The position numbers and the translations under genes are program-made. Positions 49,727 through 59,810 of a DNA stretch of 64,000 nucleotides are shown in pieces. Source of the DNA: Verrucomicrobiota bacterium (GTDB lineage Bacteria > Verrucomicrobiota > Verrucomicrobiia > Limisphaerales > AAA164-E04); contig CP170459.1 in NCBI GenBank assembly GCA_047947115.1, positions 3,072,001 to 3,136,000 of the forward strand, written 5' to 3'. The notes beneath the pieces were generated by a model. It did no database searches. It was given only the letters and a program-made list of their open reading frames with translations, and was not told the origin of the DNA. Position 1 is the stretch's first letter. Each line of letters starts with the position of its first letter.

Positions 49727-50659
49727 CTAATTGTTTTCGGGTAAGCCTTCGGCGTGACCGATATTTTTGACGGGTTCGAAGATGGCCTGGACTTCTTTCA
49801 GGAGTTCCCGGTCGATCGGTTCCGCTGCCCATTCGGCCCATTTGCGGATGTTGTTGGGATTGGCGCTGCCGGCGATGGTGGTGGTCATGTCCGGGTTCTC
49901 GATAGAGAACTGCAAGGCCAACTTGGCAATGTCGACTCCTTTGGCTTCACAGACCGCGGCGGCTTTGCGTGCAGCTTGTTTGACGGATTCAGGTTCTTTT
50001 AACCAGTCTGGCAACGGAGCGTTGGTCAGGAGACGTGCTGAAAACGGTCCTGCGTTCATGATGCCCACGCCTTTCTCTTTCAGGTAAGGGACCGTTTCAT
50101 CGGCGAAACGTGTGTTCTGAAGGGTGTATTGATTGTAGCTTAACACGCAGTCCACATCGATTTGATCAATGATGAATTTGAAAATTTTCTGAGGATAACC
50201 GCTGAAACCGATGTAGCGCACTTTGCCTTCTTGTTGGGCTTTCTTCAGCGCGGGGATGGTTTCGTCGACGATTTGCTGCATGGGGACAAATTCGATGTCA
50301 TGGCACAGAGCAATGTCCAGGTGATCGATGCCTAGACGGTGCAGGCTGACGTCAACGCTTTCCGCGACGCGCTTTGCGGAAAAGTCGAAATGTTGAAGAT
50401 GATACCGTCCCAGTTTGGTGCAAAGGATATAGTTCTCTCGCGGCACATCGCGAAGAGCCATGCCGAGCAACACCTCACTCATACCTCTTCCGTAAAAAGG
50501 GGAGGTGTCAATCAGGTTCATGCCACATTCGAGGGATACGTGAACACTTTTCATCGCCTCGTCCAGTTGAATCGGTCTGAATTCCTGTCCCAGCGATGAA
50601 GCCCCGAATCCCACGACAGGTAGTTGAAGGTCTGTATTACCCAATTTCCTCGTTTCCAT
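49727..50659 (-). CDS. Aldo/keto reductase (L-galactose dehydrogenase-like)
   Basis: GFGASSLG, IDTSPFYG, TKLGRY, FDFSA and CHDIEF. Confidence 0.9.
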   Translation of the reverse strand: METRKLGNTDLQLPVVGFGASSLGQEFRPIQLDEAMKSVHVSLECGMNLIDTSPFYGRGMSEVLLGMALRDVPRENYILCTKLGRYHLQHFDFSAKRVAESVDVSLHRLGIDHLDIALCHDIEFVPMQQIVDETIPALKKAQQEGKVRYIGFSGYPQKIFKFIIDQIDVDCVLSYNQYTLQNTRFADETVPYLKEKGVGIMNAGPFSARLLTNAPLPDWLKEPESVKQAARKAAAVCEAKGVDIAKLALQFSIENPDMTTTIAGSANPNNIRKWAEWAAEPIDRELLKEVQAIFEPVKNIGHAEGLPENN

Positions 50660-50691
50660 GATTTGATTATGCGGATGTCAATGTCACATGC

Positions 50692-50725
50692 AAACACCCG
50701 TCTGAGAAAAATTCCCGGACGGGTG
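50692..50725 (-). terminator. Hairpin downstream of clpC
   Basis: CACCCGTCCGGGAA/TTCTCAGACGGGTG stem with a short T tail. Confidence 0.55.
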
Positions 50726-50750
50726 CGCTTGCTTTCAAATGGTTATGTAT

Positions 50751-53249
50751 TTAACTCGAAACGGCTTCGCCTTCGATGTTGGCTTCCTGGGTGAATGCCA
50801 GATGATCGTCTTCGACGACAACCTGAATGGGCTGGTTGTCGCAAAGAGAGCCTTTGAGGATCTCTTCGGCCAGCGGATCTTCGAGATACCGTTCCACAGC
50901 GCGCCGCATGGGGCGAGCGCCGTAAGCCGGATCATATCCTTTTTCGACGAGGAAATCTTTGGCTTCGTCCGATAGAATCAGTTCGATATTTTTCTTTTTC
51001 AGTCGGGTTAAAACTTTCTCGGTTTCGAGGGTCAGGATGGTGATTAAATCCTCGCGTCCCAGCGAGCGGAAAACGATCACGTCATCCAGGCGGTTGAGGA
51101 ATTCCGGTTTGAACGAGCGTTTGGCTTCCTCCATGATCTTGTCCTTCATGACCTGGTAGTCGCCTTCTGCCGAAGGTGAACCGAATCCGATACCTCCTTG
51201 CTGGCTCGCCTGCTGTGCGCCGACGTTTGAGGTCAACAGTATGACCGTGTTGCGGAAATCAACGGTCCGGCCCACGTTGTCGGTCAGTTTGCCTTCTTCC
51301 AGAATCTGAAGGAGCATGTTCATGACGTCCGGGTGAGCCTTTTCGATCTCATCGAACAATACCACCGAGTAGGGCTTGCGGCGCACTTGTTCGGTGAGTT
51401 GACCGCCCTCTTCGTAACCGACGTATCCGGGAGGTGACCCTACCAGTCTTGAGACAGTGAACTTCTCCATGTATTCGCTCATGTCGAGCTGGATTAGACA
51501 CTTCTCATCGCCAAACATATGTTCTGCAACGGTCTTGGCCAAGAGTGTTTTTCCAACACCGGTGGGACCCAGCAATGCAAAGGTTCCAATGGGGCGCCTG
51601 GGGTCCTTCAAGTCCGCTCGCGAGCGTCGCAGGGCCTTGCATAGGGCTGAAACGGCTTCGCTTTGGGCAATGACAATGTCGGACAATTCGCTTTCCATGT
51701 CCAGCAAGCGCTGGATCTCTCCGGCTTCCATGCGTTTCAATGGAACACCTGTCCACTTAGAAACTACCTGCAGCATGTCATCTTCGTTGACTTCCACCCG
51801 TTTTTCGTCACGTGAGGATTTCCATGCGGTCAGGATGGATTCGAGTTTCTCCTTGGCTTGCTTTTCCTTGTCCCGCATCGAGGCCGCCTGCTCGAAATCC
51901 TGTTCCTTGATGGCTTTTTCTTTCTCAATGCGGATGGATTCGATTTCCTCCTCGAGATTCTTAACATCGGGCGGTCGGGTCATGGAGGCGATACGGGCGC
52001 GGGCGCCTGCTTCATCCATCACGTCGATCGCCTTGTCTGGGAGAAAACGTCCGGTGACGTAGCGTTCGGACAGCTTGACAGCCGCTTCGATCGCTTCATC
52101 GGTCAGGATAATGTTATGATGCTCTTCATATTTGCCTTTGAGTCCCTGCAAAATGAGGATGGCATCTTCTTGTGATGGTGCTTCGACTTTGACGCTTTGG
52201 AAACGACGTTCCAATGCGGCGTCTTTTTCGATATATTTGCGGTATTCATTCAGCGTGGTGGCGCCGATGCACTGCATTTCACCCCGACTGAGAGCGGGTT
52301 TGATGATGTTGGACGCGTCCATCGTTCCTTCGGCGGAGCCGGCGCCGACGATGGTGTGTAATTCGTCGATGAATAGAATCACATTCTTGGTGCGCCGTAT
52401 CTCATCCATGATGGCCTTGATGCGTTCTTCGAATTGACCACGGTATTTGGTGCCGGCAACCATCAATGCGAGATCAAGGGTAATGACCCGTTTTTCTCTT
52501 AAAATTTCAGGGACGTTGCCTCGGGCAATTTCCTGGGCAAGCCCTTCCACAATCGCTGTTTTGCCCACGCCTGCTTCACCCAGCAATACCGGATTATTTT
52601 TGGTGCGCCGGCACAGCACTTGAATGACGCGTTCAATTTCATCCTGACGCCCAATGACAGGATCCATGTCGCCTCTACGTGCGATTTCTGTCAGGTCGCG
52701 ACCGAAGGCCTTCAGAGCAGGGGTTTTGACTTCGCCCTTTTTCTCTCCTTTGGGGCCGGCGCCTTCTTCCATGCCCACAAATTCGTCCCCTCCTTGGAAA
52801 TTAGGATCGACTTCGCGCAGGATTTCGGTGCGGGTTTGCTCCAGATCAATGTCCAGGCCTCTCAGGACCTTGGCGGCCACTCCGTTGCCTTCACGCAGGA
52901 GACCCAGCAAAATGTGCTCGGTGCCGACGTAGGTGTGGGCGAGTTGCTTGGCTTCTTTGGCTGCCAAATCAAGCACTTTCTTCACTCTCGGCGTATAAGG
53001 GATGGTGCCGGCGACTTTATGATCAGGTCCGGGTGGGACGTGTTTTTCGACCTCCAGCTGAACGGTTTCCAGATCGAGTCCCATCTTTTTGAGCACATTG
53101 ACGGCGACTCCCTGGTCCAGCTTGATCAAACCCAGAAGCAGGTGTTCGGTTCCCACATAGTTGTGGTTGAAACGGTCTGCTTCTTTTCTCGCCAGTGCCA
53201 GGACTTGCTGGGCTCTGGGAGTAAAGTTGTTGAAAGCGTCTTCACTCAT
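50751..53249 (-). CDS. clpC: ATP-dependent Clp protease ATP-binding subunit ClpC
   Basis: Two Clp-N repeats; Walker A motifs GEAGVGKT and [11 protein letters not shown]-type linker [14 protein letters not shown] ClpP-binding loop. Confidence 0.95.
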   Translation of the reverse strand: MSEDAFNNFTPRAQQVLALARKEADRFNHNYVGTEHLLLGLIKLDQGVAVNVLKKMGLDLETVQLEVEKHVPPGPDHKVAGTIPYTPRVKKVLDLAAKEAKQLAHTYVGTEHILLGLLREGNGVAAKVLRGLDIDLEQTRTEILREVDPNFQGGDEFVGMEEGAGPKGEKKGEVKTPALKAFGRDLTEIARRGDMDPVIGRQDEIERVIQVLCRRTKNNPVLLGEAGVGKTAIVEGLAQEIARGNVPEILREKRVITLDLALMVAGTKYRGQFEERIKAIMDEIRRTKNVILFIDELHTIVGAGSAEGTMDASNIIKPALSRGEMQCIGATTLNEYRKYIEKDAALERRFQSVKVEAPSQEDAILILQGLKGKYEEHHNIILTDEAIEAAVKLSERYVTGRFLPDKAIDVMDEAGARARIASMTRPPDVKNLEEEIESIRIEKEKAIKEQDFEQAASMRDKEKQAKEKLESILTAWKSSRDEKRVEVNEDDMLQVVSKWTGVPLKRMEAGEIQRLLDMESELSDIVIAQSEAVSALCKALRRSRADLKDPRRPIGTFALLGPTGVGKTLLAKTVAEHMFGDEKCLIQLDMSEYMEKFTVSRLVGSPPGYVGYEEGGQLTEQVRRKPYSVVLFDEIEKAHPDVMNMLLQILEEGKLTDNVGRTVDFRNTVILLTSNVGAQQASQQGGIGFGSPSAEGDYQVMKDKIMEEAKRSFKPEFLNRLDDVIVFRSLGREDLITILTLETEKVLTRLKKKNIELILSDEAKDFLVEKGYDPAYGARPMRRAVERYLEDPLAEEILKGSLCDNQPIQVVVEDDHLAFTQEANIEGEAVSS

Positions 53250-53521
53250 AGTTCTCTTTAACCAATGCTACGAAAATATCGTGTTGTCCAGTCTTTCGCT
53301 GGAACGTTCTTGCGTAAATGTTCACCGAGTTGTTCAACCCTCGGTGGACCACTGCTGATAGATGCCTCTATGAATACGACTTGAATGGGATGAATACCAC
53401 CCGGGGCACTTCTCGACTCACGGACGAACTATAGGCAAATTCGGGCTGAAAACCAGCTTTTTCACGGAATAAATCGCTACACCACTCAACAGATCGGCAT
53501 TCTCAGCCCGGACTTGTAGTA

Positions 53522-54775
53522 TCAATCAATTGCTTTTGATTCTTTTCGGAGCCAATCAGAACAAACCAACAGGCTCCTTGGGTGATGAAAAAAGCTCTTC
53601 CAGAGGTTGCCTTTGGCGGTGTTTGCGATGGAACCGTCTCGGTGTAGGTATCCATACCATTCACCATGAACAGGATCAGTAAAATGTTTAAAAGACCAGT
53701 CGTGCACTGCCTGGTGGATGGATGCATATTTGGCTTCGCCGGTAAGCTGATAGGCCATGATTGAGGCAATCATAGTTTCGTCGTGAGGCCACCAGAACTT
53801 CATATCGTGCCAGTATTCCTGAACCGGCTTGTTGTAGATGTCTGTGAAGTATAGAAGTCCACCATGCTCGGTATCCCAGGAGCGTTTCCAGGTCATTTCC
53901 AGCATCTGGCACCCACCTTTGATCCAGTCCTTGCGCCCCTCTCGGGTCCCAGCCTCCATCACGAACCAGGCGGCTTCTATGGCGTGTCCGGGGTTAAGAG
54001 TGCGACCTTCCAGGTGATCCGACACGGTACCATCAGTGTGAGCGGTTTCCAGCACGCAGCCGAGCTCGGGTTTTACGAACCATTCAAGGATTTCGGTCAC
54101 CATTTGTTCGATCACTGATTCCCGATGCGGATTTGAACCAAGTTGGTGGTTGAGTTCCAAGGCGGTAACCAAAGTGATCATGCGTGGCGTGAGTCCGATC
54201 AGAGGTCTCTCATCCGTGAACTTGGGACTGAATTCTGCGGGGGATTCAAAATTCCACCGAATGAAATGTGCCAACAGCTTTTCAGCACGATCGGCGGATG
54301 CTGAATTTCCTGTTGTGCGGGCGTGGGCTGCGTACGCGATGGCCGCAAAGGCTTCGCTGTAAGCGTAACGGCGTTTCCGGATCGGTTTGCCTTCGTGTGT
54401 CAGTTGGAAGAACATCCGGCCATCGGTATCGAATCCGTGTTTATTCAGGAAACCGAGACCGCTTTCCGCCCATTCCAACCAAGCTGGATGTGCTTCCAGA
54501 TCCTGATAACACCGGAGCAGCATCCAGACCATTCGACCTTGGATCCAGACGGACTTATCCGTCTCGAAGATCGAACCATCCCTGTCCAGGCAGGAGAAAA
54601 ACCCACCGTGCTCCTGATCCAGGCATCGTGGAAACCAAAAGGGAAGGATGTCCTCCAGCAGACTTTCCTGGTAGAGGTCCGCCATCATGATCCGGTAACC
54701 GGGATCTTTGATGGACACGTCTCCGAGTTCTTTGGAAATGCGTTGTTGAATAGGCTGATCGGATGATTTGGCCAT
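53522..54775 (-). CDS. AGE family epimerase (N-acylglucosamine 2-epimerase-like)
   Basis: ILPFW, DKSVWIQGR, NPGHAIEAAWF, KFWWP, EWYGYLHRDG and FHHPR. Confidence 0.9.
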   Translation of the reverse strand: MAKSSDQPIQQRISKELGDVSIKDPGYRIMMADLYQESLLEDILPFWFPRCLDQEHGGFFSCLDRDGSIFETDKSVWIQGRMVWMLLRCYQDLEAHPAWLEWAESGLGFLNKHGFDTDGRMFFQLTHEGKPIRKRRYAYSEAFAAIAYAAHARTTGNSASADRAEKLLAHFIRWNFESPAEFSPKFTDERPLIGLTPRMITLVTALELNHQLGSNPHRESVIEQMVTEILEWFVKPELGCVLETAHTDGTVSDHLEGRTLNPGHAIEAAWFVMEAGTREGRKDWIKGGCQMLEMTWKRSWDTEHGGLLYFTDIYNKPVQEYWHDMKFWWPHDETMIASIMAYQLTGEAKYASIHQAVHDWSFKHFTDPVHGEWYGYLHRDGSIANTAKGNLWKSFFHHPRSLLVCSDWLRKESKAID

Positions 54776-54813
54776 GTTGGGCAGGTTCTTTCGAATGCTT
54801 GTTTTGTTTGTTC

Positions 54814-56220
54814 CTACTCAACGACCAAGGCTGGTTCGGGCAGAGTTCTCTGTATTTCTTGCATGCGATAGCCAAACCCGTGGCCTTGAATGGTCGATGT
54901 GTCCAGCATCCCGTGTTGACGTCTGTAAATTCCGGGGTGAACGATGCGTTCCGGAGCGCTGGCCTCCGGGTAAAACTGCATGGCATTGGTTTCGACACCC
55001 ATAATGGTCCCGGTGTGGGAGGCGAGTTGAACGTGCGGGATTTGTGCCAGCATGGGATTGGTCAGGTCCTGCACCATCAATGTCATGCCGTGTGCTTTTG
55101 CCCAGCATGCGCTCAGAATGGCGCCGCTTTGGGTTTTGCAGGTTTTCAGGGCCACTCCTGTCCAGCCCAGTTCGCGGCCCAGGCGCACCAGCTTCCAGTC
55201 GTGTGCACTTTCATCAAGGAACAGAGGTTTGCGGGATGAAACGGAATGGACGTCGATCGGGTGTTCTTCCAGTTCGTAAGGAAAGGGTTGTTCGACATAC
55301 AACAACATCCCGTAGATCCGGGGAGAAGTGTCCCTGAGTCGGTCCAGAATATCATCCACATAGGCCGGATCAGTCACCGTGCAGTTGAAATCTGCGGTCA
55401 ACCATTCTACGTCTTCTTCGATGCTGATGGTGCCTACCTGACAAAGTCGGTTGAAATCCCAATCGGCATCGTTGCCTCGCAGTTTGATTTTGAGACATTT
55501 GAGGCCGTCCTTTCTGATCCAGTCTCTCAGCAGGACAGGATATCCATCCTCCGGTTCATGTCCGGTCAGATCATCTTCGCTAATCGGGTCCACTCCGCCC
55601 ACCAGGTGCCAGGCCTTTAACTGATGAGGCGGATTTGGGATCAGGTAATCGGACGGAAACTTGCCGCAAAAGTCGATTTGCATGCCGTGGGCCGGTGTTA
55701 AATATCGGGACAAATCATGGGCAAGGCATTCGGGAGCATAGCATTCATAGACAGGACGCTGATTGGCTTTGCCCCATGCGTCATGGATGGCGATGTCGAA
55801 CAAGGACATGCAGACCAGTGATGCCAGCCACGGCATGGGGTCCTTTCCTTGGCGGTGTTCGGTGTTGAACGCGTTCCAAAGATCGTGCAGCCGGGTTTCC
55901 TGAAATTGCCAGCCCCATTCCAGCGCGTCCGCCTTCAGTTCAAAATGCACCATGGCTTTTGCCAATTGTTCGCAGAACCGCTGCATGCATTCAAGTCGTT
56001 CAACGTAAGGCAGGCTGCCTGGCCAGACCCATTGAACACTCAAGGGGGTTTCTCCCCATCCTTCGTGGAGAGAGCCGTCGTTTGTCTCCACCTGCACACA
56101 CGTCCGTGCCACCATGACGTTCGTCAACGTTTCGATGCCGAATTTCAATGGCATGCGCGTTTCTACCGGGAGATAATATAACCGGACACTTTTGGTTCGG
56201 ACCTGGGCAATGGTTGACAT
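54814..56220 (-). CDS. Mandelate racemase/muconate lactonizing (enolase superfamily) protein
   Basis: GWGE, LKIKL, ADFN, VEQP, LDES and ALK. Confidence 0.85.
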   Translation of the reverse strand: MSTIAQVRTKSVRLYYLPVETRMPLKFGIETLTNVMVARTCVQVETNDGSLHEGWGETPLSVQWVWPGSLPYVERLECMQRFCEQLAKAMVHFELKADALEWGWQFQETRLHDLWNAFNTEHRQGKDPMPWLASLVCMSLFDIAIHDAWGKANQRPVYECYAPECLAHDLSRYLTPAHGMQIDFCGKFPSDYLIPNPPHQLKAWHLVGGVDPISEDDLTGHEPEDGYPVLLRDWIRKDGLKCLKIKLRGNDADWDFNRLCQVGTISIEEDVEWLTADFNCTVTDPAYVDDILDRLRDTSPRIYGMLLYVEQPFPYELEEHPIDVHSVSSRKPLFLDESAHDWKLVRLGRELGWTGVALKTCKTQSGAILSACWAKAHGMTLMVQDLTNPMLAQIPHVQLASHTGTIMGVETNAMQFYPEASAPERIVHPGIYRRQHGMLDTSTIQGHGFGYRMQEIQRTLPEPALVVE

Positions 56221-56289
56221 ACCGAGAGCATGACTTATTCAGGTTGCCGGCTTCAAGTTTCCGTTGCGAATTCGTTCATGGAACCCGGG

Positions 56290-57156
56290 CTAGCGTTTGC
56301 CTACAGGGATGAAGGGAGCACGCAGTTTCCGGTAGATCCAGGCTTCCAAGGGGCGAAAATAAAGCATGTAGGGGAGTAAAGGTGAATAGACCAGTCGCAG
56401 GCGTATGACGGACAGGAGCATCGTCAGAGAGGATCTGAAAAGTGTCTGGGTTACCTTGGAACCCAATTTGTCGGTCCATTCCGTGGGAACTTCCACGACG
56501 TCAAATCCGCCGCGTTTCAGCAGGTAGAGAAGGTTCACATCAAAGGCCAGATCCGCTATCATGAGGTTTTGATGGATCTCAACAATGGGTGTTTTGCGGA
56601 AAACCTTGGCGGGGCATTGGGTATCCAGATAGCCGAGGTCAAACAGCCAATGTACAATACGGTGAAAGACCCGACTGACAAATTGTCGTGTCAGTGTCTG
56701 GCTTTGATGAAGTTTTGCGCCCGGCAGCCAGCGTGATCCGATGACACCGTCGTGATGGTAACATTTTCGGAGCAAGGCGAGCATGGCGGACGGAGGGGTG
56801 GCTCCATCGGCGTCTGTGTATCCGATGATGTCCGTGTCCGGCGCCAGTTTGAGTCCCTCGATCAATGCGCCTCCCTTGCCGATCGCCGCCTGAAACTCGA
56901 TGGCCTCAATTTCTGGAAACGTTTTGGAACAGTCCTCCACCACATGCAGGGTGGCATCCCGGCATCCGTTCAACACCACCATGAGTCGAATGTCTCCCGA
57001 GAAGTGTTCCCTGAAGTAGGTTGCGTATTCGTGCAAGGTGCCGGCAATGCGTTCTTCCTCGTTGTAAGCTGGAATGAGCAGGGTGAAGTGGAGGTCCGTT
57101 TCCTTGGGGAGGGCCTTTTTCTCTGCTCTGTTTGTGTTGTTGGTTGATGCCGGCAT
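56290..57156 (-). CDS. Glycosyltransferase family 2 (dolichyl-phosphate glucosyltransferase-like)
   Basis: IPAYNEE, GKGGA, DADGAT, IGSR and DTQC. Confidence 0.9.
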   Translation of the reverse strand: MPASTNNTNRAEKKALPKETDLHFTLLIPAYNEEERIAGTLHEYATYFREHFSGDIRLMVVLNGCRDATLHVVEDCSKTFPEIEAIEFQAAIGKGGALIEGLKLAPDTDIIGYTDADGATPPSAMLALLRKCYHHDGVIGSRWLPGAKLHQSQTLTRQFVSRVFHRIVHWLFDLGYLDTQCPAKVFRKTPIVEIHQNLMIADLAFDVNLLYLLKRGGFDVVEVPTEWTDKLGSKVTQTLFRSSLTMLLSVIRLRLVYSPLLPYMLYFRPLEAWIYRKLRAPFIPVGKR

Positions 57157-57162
57157 GAGGGG

Positions 57163-58242
57163 TTAACGGTGGGCTCCTGCCAGGACGTCCTTGGGTTTCA
57201 TGGGAATGTCAAAGGGTTCCAGAGGCATGGGGTCCCGGTGGTTCAAATGGGTTTTGCAAATGGTCATGAACTCCTTTTTGGACGTGGTTCGGCGGATGCT
57301 GTTCAGGAAATCTCCCTCCGGTTCGATGCCCAGTGCGATGAAGTTGATGTATTTTTTCAGGCGCATGACGTGTGCTTTTTCCTCGTAGGGTTCGATTGCA
57401 AGGGTTTCGAACAATGTCTCAATATAGGTCAACACGTCCAATCCGGTCGGAACCGGAATGGGAACTCCTTTCATGGCCGCACGGATCTGATCAAAGATCC
57501 AGGGATTTCTAATGGCTCCGCGGCCAATCATCCAGCCGGCGCTTTCACTGGTCTTGAGCACTTCCAGAGCGTGGGTTGCCGAGTGAACGTTTCCATTTGC
57601 CAGGACCGGGCATCTGACGGATCGGGAAGCCTGGCGAATGGCGTCATAGTCGACCGCGGAACGGTACATTTGTTTCACTGTTCGACCATGCACCGTGAGG
57701 AGATCGATATCGTGGTTGGCAAAGACTTCCAGCAATGATTCGTATTGGTCCGTGTTTTCAAAACCGATGCGGGTTTTCACGGTAAAGGGAATATCGAGCG
57801 CGTCCCGCAATGCGCTGATGATTCGATTCACCCGTTCCGGCTCGCGCAACAGACCGCCGCCCGCGCATTTTTTGTAAACGATGGGGGCGGGGCATCCCAG
57901 ATTCAGGTCGATGCCAGCGATGGGGTGTTGTTCCAGTTCCTTCGCCATACGGATCAGGGATGGAATGTCGTTGCCGATCATCTGTGCCACCACCGGGCGT
58001 CCGGTTTCGTTTTGATCGATTGATCGAAGGATGAATTTGCCGGGGCGGCTCGTGGAATGAACACGGAAATATTCGGTGAAGTAGACATCCGGTCCACCGA
58101 ATTGATGCATCACCTTCCAGAATTCAAGGGACGAAATGGCCTGCATCGGCGCCAGCGCTGAAAAAGGCTGGTCCGATTTCAGAAGACGGCGGAAATCAGC
58201 GACCGGAGATTCTGAGGTGGATGGAAGGGTTTTATCCAGCAT
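57163..58242 (-). CDS. tRNA-dihydrouridine synthase family protein
   Basis: LAPM, IDLNLGCP, VKTRIG, VHGRT, ANGNV and MIGRGA. Confidence 0.92.
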   Translation of the reverse strand: MLDKTLPSTSESPVADFRRLLKSDQPFSALAPMQAISSLEFWKVMHQFGGPDVYFTEYFRVHSTSRPGKFILRSIDQNETGRPVVAQMIGNDIPSLIRMAKELEQHPIAGIDLNLGCPAPIVYKKCAGGGLLREPERVNRIISALRDALDIPFTVKTRIGFENTDQYESLLEVFANHDIDLLTVHGRTVKQMYRSAVDYDAIRQASRSVRCPVLANGNVHSATHALEVLKTSESAGWMIGRGAIRNPWIFDQIRAAMKGVPIPVPTGLDVLTYIETLFETLAIEPYEEKAHVMRLKKYINFIALGIEPEGDFLNSIRRTTSKKEFMTICKTHLNHRDPMPLEPFDIPMKPKDVLAGAHR

Positions 58243-58257
58243 GACGGCCTTGGTTCC

Positions 58258-59382
58258 TTAACGTATTTTTCGGATAAACCATATGGAGGTTCCGCCAAAA
58301 ATGACATTGGGAAACCACGCGGCCAACCAGGGTGAAAAGGTGCCTCTTGTGCCCAGCGCCAAACCCAGGCGCATTAAAATAAAGTAGGTGAAGCAAAAGA
58401 AAATACTCATCGACACACCGGCAAACACATTGCGGCGTCCGGATGGAGCCCCGAACGGAATCGCAATCAGGACCACCACCAGACAGGTCCAGGGCCAGGC
58501 GATGCGGCCGTGGTATTGGGTCGCCAGTTTGGGACGCATCTCTTTGGGGATCTCGGGGTGTAATGCGTAGTAGTGGCTGATTTCGGACAGTGACAGTTGG
58601 GCTTGTTTGGCCATCTTGACGCTGCTGAGCATGGAGATTTTCAGTTCGCTTTTGAACTGTTCGGGTGTTTCGGTGTATTCAGGTTTCTCAAGAATTTTCG
58701 AAGTTCTGTTTTCGATGCCGTCATCGTCGTTGGTGGGTTCCACATAGATTTCGTTCACATCGTGGAACACCCACATGGAGTTGGTCCAAATGGCAGATTT
58801 GGCTTCGATTTTGTATTGTTGCAGATCGGAACTGTTGTCCGTCACATAAACTCCACGCATCTCGGACGTCTCGGTATTGTAACGTTTGGCAATCCAAGTG
58901 CGGCCATCGCGAAGATTTCTAAAAGTGGCTTGATCATGCCAGGCATAATCATAGGCGTTGGCGCCACCTTCCTGGTGCCTTTGCATCAGGGCAGCCGATG
59001 CATTGGCGCTTTGAGTGCCCCAGGTTTCATTGATCAAAAAGAGAAGCAGGCTCAGGAGGATTCCCACCGTGAAATAAGGGGCGCATAGACGAAACCAACT
59101 CACTCCGGCCGCCCGCATGGCGATCAGTTCGTTGTAACGGGCCAGCTGGGTGAGGGCATACAGCATGGCCAACAGGAGAGTGATGGGCAGGATGGTCGAC
59201 AAGAACTCGGGAATCTTGATCCAGTAATAGCTCAGGATGTCACCGAAGCCCATGTTGGCGTCTTGAAAGTCTTCCGCCGTGCCGAGCCAGTCGAACGCGA
59301 TCCAAAAGATCAGAAAGCCCACCAGGCAGTAGCTTAGTGGGATCAATAATTCTTTGGTGAGGTATCTGTCCAGTAATCGCAT
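58258..59382 (-). CDS. lptG: LPS export ABC permease LptG
   Basis: MRLLDRYL, LPITLLLA...LARYNELIAMRAAGVS, IAIPFG and PWLAAWFPN. The F versus G assignment is inferred. Confidence 0.82.
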   Translation of the reverse strand: MRLLDRYLTKELLIPLSYCLVGFLIFWIAFDWLGTAEDFQDANMGFGDILSYYWIKIPEFLSTILPITLLLAMLYALTQLARYNELIAMRAAGVSWFRLCAPYFTVGILLSLLLFLINETWGTQSANASAALMQRHQEGGANAYDYAWHDQATFRNLRDGRTWIAKRYNTETSEMRGVYVTDNSSDLQQYKIEAKSAIWTNSMWVFHDVNEIYVEPTNDDDGIENRTSKILEKPEYTETPEQFKSELKISMLSSVKMAKQAQLSLSEISHYYALHPEIPKEMRPKLATQYHGRIAWPWTCLVVVLIAIPFGAPSGRRNVFAGVSMSIFFCFTYFILMRLGLALGTRGTFSPWLAAWFPNVIFGGTSIWFIRKIR

Positions 59383-59553
59383 GATCGTTCGAACCGGATT
59401 GGAGCACAAAGCCTTCAATGACTCAAGGCTTCTTGATGGGGAGGCGGATAAATAAACCGATTCATTTCTGACAAGTTGGATGCCTTGACCGCGGTGGTTG
59501 TTCCGATGTTTGGTTTGATTTATAACGTTTGCCAAAAGTAATTTCAGAAAAAA

Positions 59554-59589
59554 CTCTGCGCCACTGCGTCTCTAGCGCAGCGGGCGTGA
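59554..59589. repeat. Dispersed intergenic repeat family A, copy 2
   Basis: Reverse complement TCACGCCCGCTGCGCTAGAGACGCAGTGGCGCAGAG matches 1424-1458. Confidence 0.75.
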
Positions 59590-59810
59590 GAATAAGAAGC
59601 ATCAGCGAGCCCTTATGCGCAAATACTTTTGGCAATCAGTATAACAGGCGTCGCGGACATGCGGCGGCAAGTCACTACCGGTAGATCCTAAGCTGGGCAC
59701 CGTTACTGAGGGGCCGCGAACGCGTTCAAGGTGTTCGATCTCCTTGTGCGCCGTTCGAATTCCAAACCTGATGCGCAGCAACAAGTCCCTGCTGGTTGGG
59801 GGTGTTCCGG

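Noticed and set aside
59600..59800. Small ORF or RNA in the lptG-sulfatase gap
   Set aside because: The 60-aa ORF has no recognisable motif or ribosome-binding site and I found no convincing structure, so the gap is left unexplained.
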